NCBI GenBank assembly: GCA_051599415.1
Contig: AP039691.1
Span: 620,001 to 684,000 of the forward strand
Source of the DNA: Savitreella phatthalungensis
Lineage: Eukaryota
DNA: 64,000 nt
Direction: 5' to 3'
The notes below the pieces were generated by a model, which worked only from the letters and a program-made list of their open reading frames with translations, ran no database searches and was not told the DNA's origin. How positions within the stretch are numbered: the first letter of the stretch is position 1; each line of letters opens with the position of its first letter. Position numbers and translations under genes: made by a program. Of this stretch, positions 53,611 through 64,000 are shown in pieces.

Positions 53611-55473
53611 TCATGCGAACTCGAATGTGGCCGTGGCGTCAGGAGACGTGGACTTATCGGATCGCAGCATCTTTATAGTACGTGTGCTGCCAGCGATTCG
53701 TTCGAGACGAAGGGCATCCCACCTGGTAAATAAAGAGCGACTTGAAGGCAACGAGCCCTGCGTACGTGCAGCGTCGCGCAAAAGCTCAATGTAGAGAAGC
53801 TGATGTTCTGGCAGCTGGTAAAATAGCACATGTGAGATTCCCTTGTACGCGAAGCGGCGGAAGTGCTGCAAGCGCTCCGTGATTAGCAGCAATTTGCAAC
53901 GACCCTGTGCCACAAGGTGTCGAGCTCGTGTTGTCTCTGACGTTGTAGAATATTCCGAAAGCGTTTCGCACTCTATCTCCTGCTCTTTGATGTGATTACG
54001 CACACGAGTGAAGTCGAAGTAGCTCGGCACAAAGAGTAGCGTTGCGTCTTGGGCGCCACTCATGGTCATCTTGAGTCGTGGCAACACGGCGTTCTTGAAA
54101 AACTCGAAACGTGCATCGGGCTCATCAGCGGGCGTCTGTCCACCGTAAACCTTCACGAAGGTCTGTGCGATCGAAACACCGACCCGATCTATGGCGCCAT
54201 TGTCATACTGAACGGCTGACCGGATGCTTCCGGCACAGTTGACGCCCTTTGCAAACAGGCTGCGCAATTCCGGAAAATCGTACTGTGACAGCAGAAACGT
54301 TTGTCGCAAATTTGCGCTCTTTCCCTCAAGCGCCCACTGACGCACTCGGCCAAAGTCGCACCCGTGCTGCTCAAGCGGTATGCGATTTAGGTGGTCGAAG
54401 ATGTGCTCGACGTGCTGCCAGTTCTGCATGTGCATCTGGTCAGCCGACTCGACGACCACGACGTTGATCGAGGACAGAAAGTCGAAATCGCGCTTCTTTT
54501 TGTTTTTTGTCGCCTCATCGCCAATCGCCATACGTAAGCCAAGAGGCGATGCGAGGATGACATCGCTATTGTAAAACTGTGCGAAGAGCTTGACAGTCTT
54601 ACGAGTGACCTTGAGTCCGACCCGAAAGGCGTCGTCCGTGTTGCCCTTGAATGCAGCCCTAAAGTCTGCAGGTTTATTTGAGCCAGCGAGCGGATCGTCC
54701 TCGACGCCGAAACTATCCTCAAATCGCTTTCTGTTTTCGACCTGCTCGGCTCCCAGCCTTGCAATGAATTCGTTGACGACCTCAAGGCAGGCGTGGCGAG
54801 TAGGCAGAAGCACCAGAACGCTGGGACGCGTGAATCCTTGATCTCGTAGCTCGATTGTTGGAGCCAGGCGAAGCTTCGCATTATTCTTGAGAACCTTATC
54901 ACGTGCCTTGAGAACATGATTGGCGATGTGAAGTGTGTAAATTCGCCTCAACGCTGGCCAAGATGGGTGAGCGGCATCCGTGAAGCACACATCAGCATAG
55001 CTGAATAGACTATTAGACAAGATGGTTTTATTCACGTTCAATCGAGTCAGGTGCTCTTTTCCTCGCAGTCGTGATTTGAGATGTTTCGATGTGAAGTTGC
55101 GTGGAACCGTATTCTGCGGGAGACGTTGCACATATCGCATCTTCTCACCAGCTAGTATTACCTCATCGAATGCTTGTGATCCAACGGCATCCATGGACGA
55201 GTCGAGCCATGCGGACTCTGGCTGGAATTGTAGCTCGAAAGGATCATCCGCATGAACTTCTTCTTCTTCAGCTTCTGCAGCACCTTCAGACAATTGCGTT
55301 CGGTGCATAGCTGACGTTTGGCCGAGGGTCGACTCCATGTGTGGTAGACTCCGTTGCTCTTCTGAATCATGCTCCAAGCGTCTTCTCTTGACTGCACGCT
55401 TGCTGCCGGGCACCTTGATGAGCGCCATGAGGGCGTCGTATGCCATTGGCGCCGCGTCCGCCAGGTCGTTCAT
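53611..55473 (-). CDS. UTP25: U3 snoRNA-associated protein Utp25 (DUF1253/Def)
   Basis: Motifs RDQGFTRPSVLVLLPTR, FKGNTDDAFRVG, DVILASPLGLR, DFLSSI, MQNWQH, FVPSYFDFTRVRN and LITER. Confidence 0.93.
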   Translation of the reverse strand: MNDLADAAPMAYDALMALIKVPGSKRAVKRRRLEHDSEEQRSLPHMESTLGQTSAMHRTQLSEGAAEAEEEEVHADDPFELQFQPESAWLDSSMDAVGSQAFDEVILAGEKMRYVQRLPQNTVPRNFTSKHLKSRLRGKEHLTRLNVNKTILSNSLFSYADVCFTDAAHPSWPALRRIYTLHIANHVLKARDKVLKNNAKLRLAPTIELRDQGFTRPSVLVLLPTRHACLEVVNEFIARLGAEQVENRKRFEDSFGVEDDPLAGSNKPADFRAAFKGNTDDAFRVGLKVTRKTVKLFAQFYNSDVILASPLGLRMAIGDEATKNKKKRDFDFLSSINVVVVESADQMHMQNWQHVEHIFDHLNRIPLEQHGCDFGRVRQWALEGKSANLRQTFLLSQYDFPELRSLFAKGVNCAGSIRSAVQYDNGAIDRVGVSIAQTFVKVYGGQTPADEPDARFEFFKNAVLPRLKMTMSGAQDATLLFVPSYFDFTRVRNHIKEQEIECETLSEYSTTSETTRARHLVAQGRCKLLLITERLQHFRRFAYKGISHVLFYQLPEHQLLYIELLRDAARTQGSLPSSRSLFTRWDALRLERIAGSTRTIKMLRSDKSTSPDATATFEFA

Positions 55474-56399
55474 ATTGTTTCAGTGTGAAGCAGATCCTAA
55501 CGTATCATGTGTGCTCATAGCGAGACCCAGATGCAGGCTATGATGTTTTTGTAAAGTCCTTTACAAAGGGACTTGTCGTGATTCCAGTGTTGCTTACTGT
55601 GCTCCTCCACAAAATGCTGTGCACGAGCACTCGGTGCTGCCAACACCGCGTAAGGTCTGCTCTGTTACTCTCGAGTCCACAGGCACAAACCATCACTAGC
55701 TACGTATGTTTGAGTAGTATCGATCAATCTTGACGGGGCTGATCGATATCCATGACCTGCATTCTGATTATAGCAGCAGCTTGTGCATTCATACGTACGT
55801 CCTAGAACGTAAGTATTCAAAAATGATTTAATCTCGACACAGCTAGTAAGGAGTAAGTTTAATATACTCAGCAGCCTGACATTTGGACTCAATCATTTAA
55901 TTAGATTGGATTTATTGAAATAGTGCTATTGAGCGCTGTTGTGTATATATCAATATAAAAGCTGCCTGCAAGCATCACGACAACCGCCATCCAGTCAGTG
56001 CCATATATGCATGCATGTACACGTATCCGTACGTACGTACGTACGTGCATGTTTACGTATAGAATATGCATATCAGGTCGACTTTCTAACACAGATCAAC
56101 GTACGCTATAGCATGAAATATTAATTTCTCCCCTTGTTGACTGAGGAATCGAAAGGAATTCTCACGAAGACCGTATCCTGACAGGAGAAAAGCCTACAAA
56201 CGCATACACCCACAAGGCGTAAAAGTTCAGCGGCTAAGCAAACGAGCGAGCAAGCAAGTGAGCGGGCGGACGGACTAAGAGATCATCAGTCTTAAGGGGC
56301 GGCTACATTTGGGAGTGCTATATTCGCTTTCGCTTTGGATCAGAAAGATCGTAATTTCGCAGACAAGCAGACAGGTCTAAAAGAAAAGGAGCTTCAATC

Positions 56400-57344
56400 A
56401 TGGCTTCTCGCTCCGATCCACACGTCACGATTGACCCGGTTGTGCTCTTTAGCATCCTCGATCATGCTCAGCGACGGCAGCAGGGCCAAGAACGCGTCAT
56501 TGGAACATTGCTAGGTTCACGTAGCGCTGACGGTCTGGAGCTCGAGATCAAGTCTAGCTTCGCCGTCCCTCACAATGAATCGAGCGAGGGAGTAGAAGTT
56601 GACATGCAGTATCACAAGGCCATGTACGCACTCCACCTCCGCACAAACCCTCGCGAGGTGCTTGTGGGTTGGTATGCAACAACTTCCGAGCTCGACGCCT
56701 TTTCCGCCCTCATTCAGAATTTCTACTCTTCCCAGGGCGACGGAACTTTCCCACATCCGGCCGTTCATCTGACTATGCAGGCAGATCCTGCAAAGGGCAT
56801 CGCTGTGCACACGTATACGTCCGCTCAGGTCGGCGTGACGCCAGAGCGCATCGCAGATTCATGCGCATTTGTTCCCGTCCAGCATGAGGTCCGCCATCAG
56901 CATGGACTTGCTGGGCTTGGACTAGACGCACGCCGCGCAGCGACACAGGCTCGTCAGCTCAAGGGAGGTGCATCTGGCGAGCGGGCAGCTCTAGACGCTG
57001 TGGTGGGCGCAAAAGATTCAGAGGCACGCATGACAGCTTTGCCGAATGACCTCGACTCGCTGCGCAATGCTCTTGCTTCCACCCTGGAGATGCTCGATCG
57101 TGTAAGCAAATATGTCGAAGCGACGAGAAACGATTCAAATGCCAGATCTGACCCTCAAAACATTGCTGTCGGTCGCTTCCTGCTGGATACGCTAAATGCA
57201 CGACCATCGCTTGACGCTGAAGAGATCGAGCGTCTGTTCAACACGCAGCTTCAAGACGTCATGATGGTCTCGTACCTTGCGCGTACTGTGCGTGATCAGC
57301 TTGACCTCAATGCCCAATTGCAAATGCTGAGCGCTGCACCCTGA
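56400..57344 (+). CDS. eIF3f: Translation initiation factor eIF3 subunit F (MPN domain)
   Basis: Motifs PVVLFSILDH, RVIGTLLG, FAVPHNE, NPREVLVGWYAT, FSALIQNFY and FNTQLQDVMMVSYLA. Confidence 0.92.
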   Translation: MASRSDPHVTIDPVVLFSILDHAQRRQQGQERVIGTLLGSRSADGLELEIKSSFAVPHNESSEGVEVDMQYHKAMYALHLRTNPREVLVGWYATTSELDAFSALIQNFYSSQGDGTFPHPAVHLTMQADPAKGIAVHTYTSAQVGVTPERIADSCAFVPVQHEVRHQHGLAGLGLDARRAATQARQLKGGASGERAALDAVVGAKDSEARMTALPNDLDSLRNALASTLEMLDRVSKYVEATRNDSNARSDPQNIAVGRFLLDTLNARPSLDAEEIERLFNTQLQDVMMVSYLARTVRDQLDLNAQLQMLSAAP

Positions 57345-57475
57345 TATCGCTTCACAAGGAGACACAACGGGTCGGATGGGAGACGACATAGCATACGTTC
57401 TGTGAATATACAACTTCAATTGACTAAGAAATTTCCTTGAGTTTCCGATCTGCCGCACGCGTAGAGCACATGCTC

Positions 57476-57796
57476 CTAGAGTAATCGCAGACTGTATCTG
57501 ACCACGGCAGCGAGCGACAATGCTGCCATGATGCCGCCGGGCATGATCTTGCCGGACTTACGGAAGCGCTGAGCGAAGAAGACGGTCAGCAGGACTGACA
57601 CGCCCAGAATGAACTTGACGTCTTTCGGGTCGCGCGATACTCGATCAGTGCCCAAGAAGATGAGAAAGGCGCAAATGGACGATGCGACGAGGGAAGGCAC
57701 GCTTCCAGCCTTGACAAGGCCAATTATACCGCCGAGGAGAGTAATGCCCGCATACGCAAGTCCAAAGGTATCGCGTTCGGTGACAGCGGGAGCCAT
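57476..57796 (-). CDS. TMEM14 family small membrane protein
   Basis: YAGITLLGGIIGLVKAGSVPSLVAS...RFRKSGKIMPGGI. Likely start at ATG 57796 (MAPAVTERD); an upstream in-frame ATG at 57961 is possible but adds non-homologous-looking sequence. Confidence 0.88.
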   Translation of the reverse strand: MAPAVTERDTFGLAYAGITLLGGIIGLVKAGSVPSLVASSICAFLIFLGTDRVSRDPKDVKFILGVSVLLTVFFAQRFRKSGKIMPGGIMAALSLAAVVRYSLRLL

Positions 57797-58260
57797 TGAA
57801 GTGATTGTATCCGGTCCTTGGTTAGATTTCGGTGTCGTGCGATCGGGACCGTATGGTGGATATGTCGTCAGTGGCCGGCAAATGAACACTGCCGAGAAGG
57901 AAGCGATGCAAAGCGGCAACTTTTTGGCGGGAAACGCGGGGAAATGCAGGTCGTCACCCATGAATGCATAAATTCAGAAAGCGTGTTGTCTTTTAATATC
58001 ATTCATCAAAGCATTCTAGCTACAATGCAGTACAGGCGAGACTTGAACTCATGGGTTCGTTCGCGTTCTTGATTTGCTCCAATGTACACAAGCACTCGGT
58101 CGACAGACTCTGTCGAGATCGTCAGATCGAAGGATCGCATGCATCAACCGTCGTGCCGCGGCGCGTGCTGTGTGTTGCTAATGCAAGTGATTAGCTGCCG
58201 CTTGCCGTTCGCAATCGATTTATACGACGCAGATAGACTAGCACGCAATCGTCGTGTTGC

Positions 58261-59448
58261 TCAGTCAATCCATTCTGGAAACGGGCCCTCAGCTCCAGTC
58301 ATGCCGTTGAAAAGCTGTCCGTAGCATGCCAGGCTTTTATCCGAAAAATGAGCATATGGATTCAGCTTGGAGATTGACGCTCCGCAATTGAAGCACCAGT
58401 GGGTACCACATCGGCAGGTCATATGTGCACACCCCATCGATCGTTCGACAGCGGTCTCGCATTCCGGACAGCGCATCGCATTGGCATCGACCCATTTCCG
58501 CGCCAACTCGTCGTGCTCGAGATCCAGCAGAAGGCGTTGAATATTGCGCGGACCGTAGAGTCGGTCAAGCTTTCGCTGTTCGTCCGTTGTAGCGGCGAGA
58601 TAGTGTCGCGCAAATTCGGCAGAAAGCGTCGAGCGACGGCAGGGTTCCTGTACACCGTGCCAACCGCGCAGACAATCGGCGCAGAAAGCATACTCACATT
58701 CGCCGCAGACCGCAAGCTTGTCATCGGGATCCGGCCGTTCGACTGCTGCAGCGCAGAACTCGCGAGGACACCGAGTTGAAGATGGTAGCGCCTCGATCCT
58801 CCGTCGGATTACGAGCTTCGCGTACCGATTATACTCCTCAGTCGTGACAAGCGAGCGCAGTAGGGGGCGAGGTAGCTCTTCCGCACACAATGGACATACC
58901 ACCTTTTCTATCAAGCCCTCACGGATGTAGAGTGCGAACATTTCATGCAGACAAGCGCTGCAGAAGCAGTGTTTGCAGGGTAGCTCGGCACATTCCACCC
59001 CAGGCTTATAGTCTAGGCAGATCTCACAGGCATACGCCCGCCGGTTGAAATGCGCTCGCCGCTCGAGGGCGTCATGATGCGCAATCAATGGCGACAGCGA
59101 ATCTGGCAGGAGTCGTAGTTCTAGGTCGAAAGCTACTTGAGCTTGCGTGCTGACGTGATCGATCGCTGACAAGGGGTCGAGTCCAGCGCATTCATGTATG
59201 ACTTGCTTCCTTTGGGCCTCCGGTAGCCATGAGGCTGATATTCTGATCTCGTTGGCAGCGATTTCGAGTCTAACAGGAGGGAGGAAGCGCACTTTCTGCT
59301 TTGGCGCCTTTGCAAAGCTTATTTCTTTCGCGTCGTCATCTGAAACTGCGAGGACGACGGGAACATCTAGTATGATAGTCCCGTTATCGCTGACGCACGC
59401 TTCTGGATAAATCGCTTTGAGAACATCTATATCCACCTCTTCCGCCAT
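58261..59448 (-). CDS. ITT1: RBR E3 ubiquitin ligase Itt1/RNF14-like (RWD-RING-IBR-RING)
   Basis: EEVDIDVLKAIYP (RWD-like), FLPPVRL, RING1 CEIC...CKHCFCSAC, IBR CPREFC...CEYAFCADCLRGWHG and RING2 CPEC...GCAHMTCRCGTHWCFNCG. Confidence 0.87.
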   Translation of the reverse strand: MAEEVDIDVLKAIYPEACVSDNGTIILDVPVVLAVSDDDAKEISFAKAPKQKVRFLPPVRLEIAANEIRISASWLPEAQRKQVIHECAGLDPLSAIDHVSTQAQVAFDLELRLLPDSLSPLIAHHDALERRAHFNRRAYACEICLDYKPGVECAELPCKHCFCSACLHEMFALYIREGLIEKVVCPLCAEELPRPLLRSLVTTEEYNRYAKLVIRRRIEALPSSTRCPREFCAAAVERPDPDDKLAVCGECEYAFCADCLRGWHGVQEPCRRSTLSAEFARHYLAATTDEQRKLDRLYGPRNIQRLLLDLEHDELARKWVDANAMRCPECETAVERSMGCAHMTCRCGTHWCFNCGASISKLNPYAHFSDKSLACYGQLFNGMTGAEGPFPEWID

Positions 59449-59775
59449 CTATGGCAGTGTTCCCCGAGGTCGTGTCACCTTCCTTCCGATCGGTTCTGCC
59501 GGGAACTATAGTTTGCCATCCCAGTCGCACATGATACTGTGCACTAATCACCTAATACGAGCTGTCAGAAATTTGGACCTCAAGCAGATTGACCCCAAAG
59601 CTTACATAGCCGCGCCAGGCGTATGACAAAATCGGTTGTTTGTGGAATACGTGGGGCTGGATTGATGTGAGAATACATTCGGGCTCTACGAGGCAAATTG
59701 ACGGACACAAGCATGCTATGGTCGAGGTTGGGTAAATAGTACAAAAAGGAGATATTGTGGACTAGAGAACAGCTC

Positions 59776-62436
59776 TCATCCTGAACACATCTCGCAGGCT
59801 TCCGGGTTGTCGATCGAACAGGCCAGAACGCGTTCGTCGTAAATGTCCTGCTCATCTTGCGACATGCCGGCTTTCTTACGGTCGTGATGATCTCCTTGCG
59901 CGACGAACTTCTTCACCGGCGTCGCCTGGGTGGAGGGAATTGCCGAGGCGTCCTCGTCGGAATCGACAATCTCAGATTCCTTCTTCATGTCTGGCGAGGA
60001 GGCCGAAAGGGTCGGAGTCATGGGCGTAGCGTTGAAACCGCCGTTTGGATTATACTTCTTGGCAGACAATGGACGCTTCTGGCGGGCAACAGCGGTATCC
60101 ACGACCTGTAGTGCTGCCTGATCGACAGTGAACTGGATCGGTGCCGATGCAGCCATCGTCCGAAGGTAGTACATGCCTGTCTTCAGCCCTTTTTTCCAGG
60201 CGTAAAAGTGCATGGATGTCACCTTACCGAAGGTCGGCGCCTTCAAATGCAAGTTGAGCGACTGCGATTGGTCGATGAAGGCGCCTCGATCTGCGGCCAT
60301 GTCGATAATGACCTTCTGTGAGAGTTCCCAGACAGTCTTGTAGAGTGCTTTCGTCTCTGCTGGGATATTCGGGATGTTCTGGACACTTCCACCCTCAGCG
60401 ATGATGCGGTTTTTCATGTTCTCCGACCATAGGCCCATCTCGACCAGGTCTTTCAACAACCATGGGTTGACCACCTGGAATTCGCCCGCGAGCACGCGGC
60501 GTGAATAGATATTGGAGGTGTAAGGCTCGAAGCATTCGTTGAATCCAAGAATCTGGGACGTCGATGCTGTTGGCATTGGTGCCACAAGAAGTGAGTTCCG
60601 AAGACCGTGCTGAGCGATCTTCTCTTTGAGCTCCTCCCAGTTCCATCTCTTCGTTGGTGTCACGTTCCACATATCGTATTGTAGAATGCCTTTCGAAGCG
60701 GGCGAGCCCTCATAAGTCTCATATCGACCTTCCTCCTGAGCGAGCTCACACGACGCTTCCAGCGCTGCATGGTAGATCGTCTCGAAGATCTCTATGTTTA
60801 GAAGCTTCGCTTCAGGCGAATCGAACGGCATTCGCAGGGCAAGGAAGGCATCGGCGAGACCTTGGACGCCTAGGCCGATCGGTCGATGGCGCATGTTGCT
60901 GCGGTGAGCTTCCTCGACTGGATAGTAGTTGACGTCGATGATCTTGTTCAGATTACGGGCGACCACCTTCGTCACGTCATGCAGGCGCTGGAAGTCGTAG
61001 TACGACTCCTCCCCTCGTGTGTCCACAAATGTGGGAAGCGCAATGGAGGCCAAGTTGCACACTGCAACTTCATCAGGCGCAGAGTATTCGACGATCTCTG
61101 TGCAGAGATTGCTGCATTTGATTGTTCCGAGATTCTTCTGATTAGACTTGCGGTTGCACGCGTCCTTGTAAAGCATGAAAGGAGTGCCGGTCTCGGTCTG
61201 AGCTTCAAGTATAGCATACCATAGCTTTTGTGCTTTGATCTGCTTCATGAACTTGCCCTCGGCTTCGTACTTTGTGTATAGTGACTCAAATTCGTCACCG
61301 TATACCTCGTGCAAGCCTGGACATTCATTCGGGCACATGAGAGACCATTCGCCATTGGATTCCACGCGCTTCATGAACAGATCGGGAATCCACAATGCAT
61401 AGAACAGATCGCGAGCGCGCACCTCTTCCTTGCCGTGGTTCTTGCGCAGGTCGAGAAAGCTGAAGATGTCTGCGTGCCACGGCTCAATGTACATGGCAAA
61501 TGCGCCAGGACGCTTATTGCCGCCCTGATCGACGTATCGAGCCGTGTTGTTGAAGACCCGGAGCATAGGGACTATGCCATTGGAGGTTCCATTTGTGCCG
61601 GCAATGTACGAGCCTGTGGCGCGAATGCAATGCACATTCAATCCGATACCTCCGGCAGTCTTGGAGATCATTGCACAAGTCTTGAGCGTGTCATAGATCC
61701 CCTCGATGGAGTCATCCTTCATCGTCACGAGGAAGCACGAAGAGAGTTGAGGCTGTGGAGTGCCTGCATTGAAGAGAGTTGGTGAAGCATGCGTGAAATG
61801 CTTCGAGGACATGAGATTGTATGTTTCGATCGCCTTCTCGATGTTGTTGCCATGAATACCGACTGCGACACGCATGATTAGGTGCTGAGGGCGCTCGGCA
61901 ATCTTGCCGTTAATCCTGAGTAGATAGGATCGCTCAAGCGTCTTGAACCCGAAATAATTGTAGCCGAAATCACGATCATAGATGATGGCGCTATCGAGCT
62001 CATCACGATGCGTCATGATGATTTTGTAGGTCTCGTCAGAGATCATCGGGCTAGGCTTGTTGTTCTTCGGGTTGACATAGGTGTATAAGTCATGCACGAC
62101 CGCTGAGAATGATTTCTTGGTCTGCTTGTGCAGGTTTGACACGGCGATGCGTGCTGCGAGAATGGCATAGTCAGGATGCTGAGTGGTCATGTACGCTGCC
62201 GTCTCCGCGGCGAGGTTGTCGAGTTCAACGGTCGTGACACCTTTGTATACGCCAGAAATCACCTTCTGGGTGATCGCCTCCGCGAAAACGTGCTCGCCAT
62301 CGAGATTGTAGCACAGTCTGGCGACGCGCGAAGTGATTTTGTCGAATTGGACGCGCTCCTTGCGGCCGTCACGCTTACTATAAAGAGGTCAGTCAACAGA
62401 TTTCGAGAGGTATGGATTGACGTACATGACAAACAT
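59776..62436 (-). CDS. RNR1: Ribonucleoside-diphosphate reductase large subunit (class Ia); exons 62436-62426 and 62377-59776
   Basis: Intron 62425-62378 (GTACGT...CTGAC...TAG, 48 nt) restores [21 protein letters not shown] (ATP cone). Motifs [30 protein letters not shown] and KTGMYYLR; ends CEMCSG. Confidence 0.98.
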
Positions 62437-62623
62437 GCCTCAGGGCGACTTCGTAAGGATAGACTGCTTGTGGACGAGGCGGACCGTACCTTTTATGGAA
62501 GTGTCTGTCTGGCTGTCTGTGGTCGGGCGATTGCGTCTGAGGTGACACGCTATACCCAACACGTACTCGAGGAATGTGGTTGGATGGCTGAATGACAAAT
62601 TAGAATGGAAAAAATTAATCAAA

Positions 62624-62825
62624 ACGCGTCTGATCCGATATATGTCACGCGTATGATACTTAGCTAGCTAGCTATGGACCTGATAAATGCAATTAATTGC
62701 TCTAAAGATTGAACGCGTCTCATCAGAATCAACTAGACAAGCAAAATCCGCGTCAAAATTAGCTAGCCATTTGACCGCGTCTCCTGTGTGAGCAGAGTTT
62801 GGAGAATGACGCGACTAGATCGCGT
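62624..62825. promoter_or_regulatory. Cluster of MluI cell-cycle boxes (MCB) upstream of RNR1
   Basis: Perfect ACGCGT at 62624, 62647 and 62713; near matches CCGCGT at 62748 and 62775, ACGCGA at 62809 and TCGCGT at 62820. Confidence 0.8.
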
Positions 62826-63763
62826 TTGGTCCACAGTGGACAGGAATTGAGAATCAGGTATGTAGTCCCACTGTTGCCCTAGCAAGCTAATGCTTGATTA
62901 AAGTCACATCCAAGGGAAATACACATATCAGATGAAGAACCCGGAAAACAATGCATCTGCCATCATTCATACGCTCCCGGCGGTGTTTCATCAACAGTTC
63001 ACAAACGCCAGCTGTGTGATCCAGGAGTCTTGTGAGTGTGAAACATGTGCTGGCAGTGCTAGCAAAGAAACCATACAAATGATGTCCATCTTGTCCCTGC
63101 TCAACCACGCGAGAAGTCTATGGGCGCTGCTCGTGTGTACGATTCAATACAGATGGAACGCCCGGGCTCTTCGACAAGCGACCGCTTATGTCGCGAGCGG
63201 ATAGAGACGAAGTCAAATTCCCTCCAAGGACGCTCGCCTCGGAATGTGTAGCTAGATGCCTTTCACTCAAGGCGAATTGGAATAGAGCGGATTGCAGACG
63301 GGGTGGAATGTCTTGTATAGAGAGGTCCGTGCAAGCCACCGTCACAAGAAGGTGATCAGTCGACGGAGATCGTTGCAGTTGAAAGCGCTCTTCACCTGAT
63401 TTGCATGCTTTTTGCTCAACGTACGTAGCGCCATTGAATTATTTTCCTTCAGTTCATCCTGAGCTTTACATGATCAGCACGTGCACCATTGTCTGACTAC
63501 TGCCGCAACTCGGAAATTTGAGCGTGCAACTAGAGCGATGATTTTTCGATATCGATCAGGTCTTCGCTCGAATTGATCGAGCTGATTTGGTTGCTACCAC
63601 CACGCTGGCTTTGCATTGTGGTAAACAAGGTGAGCTATTGAACATGATATCCTGTGTGCCTTTGAATGCGCCCTATATTGTAAGGCGTCCTTGAGCTTGT
63701 GCGATCTGCAAACTCGCTACTACGGGAGATACGTGGTTCCTCTCTGGGCGGGCCTCCATCAAC

Positions 63764-64000
63764 ATGGCATCGAATCTGTGGTCAATGGCGAAATCGTCAG
63801 AAGGACAGCGGCCTCTGCTGATATTGACGCTCGCAGCAATGCCAGATCCAGAATTCACTGCACCGGACCTGCTCGTCGAAGAGGCTATCCACATCATCGA
63901 AGAGGCTACTCAGCATACGGACGACCGCAGATATGACCTAATCGTCTTTTGCGCAGGCGTGAGTCGCGAGTCTCGGCCGTCACTTGCCTGGATAGTGCGG
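63764..64000 (+). CDS. BCH / CRAL-TRIO-like domain protein (Ecm25/RhoGAP-like), partial, runs off the right edge
   Basis: Not in the ORF track. Frame open from ATG 63764 to the end: MASNLWSMAKSSEGQRPLLILTLAAMPDPEFTAPDLLVEEAIHIIEEATQHTDDRRYDLIVFCAGVSRESRPSLAWIVR. The PLLILxxAAMPD...YDLIVF...PSLAW pattern resembles the start of a BCH domain. Confidence 0.6.
   Translation, partial: MASNLWSMAKSSEGQRPLLILTLAAMPDPEFTAPDLLVEEAIHIIEEATQHTDDRRYDLIVFCAGVSRESRPSLAWIVR

Noticed and set aside
11916..61785. Many long antisense or alternate-frame ORFs inside GRS1, eIF5B, RNR1 and other genes
   Set aside because: Expected shadows of GC-rich, codon-biased coding sequence.

Overview
Gene-dense, intron-poor fungal nuclear DNA. 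The proteins read like fission-yeast and other ascomycete orthologues, so an early-diverging ascomycete (Taphrinomycotina-like) source is my inference, not a database result. About 30 protein-coding genes can be supported, mostly housekeeping: Nup96, ARO2, SEC11, a CBS/PB1 protein, GRS1, an ABC1/ADCK kinase, a PQ-loop transporter, Ima1, a PP2C, Axl2, MAP2, Hfl1/TMEM184, eIF5B, MVD1, Rae1, an ABHD esterase, Sok1, GFA, Utp25, eIF3f, TMEM14, Itt1 and RNR1. Five models were absent or incomplete in the ORF track and were rebuilt by hand: an F-box gene running off the left edge, two small spliced genes, RNR1 exon 1, and a BCH-domain gene running off the right edge. The most striking observation is a stand-alone Nup96 gene with no Nup98/autoprotease half. 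Its new N-terminus (M-VRFGL) lines up with the normal post-cleavage peptide (S-[KR]YGL), suggesting a gene fission that replaces autoproteolysis. Other points of interest are very long AUG-free leaders (SOK1, PP2C), an MCB cluster upstream of RNR1, uniformly 47-49 nt introns and alternating purine-pyrimidine tracts in intergenic DNA. No tRNA, rRNA, CRISPR array or intact mobile element was found.
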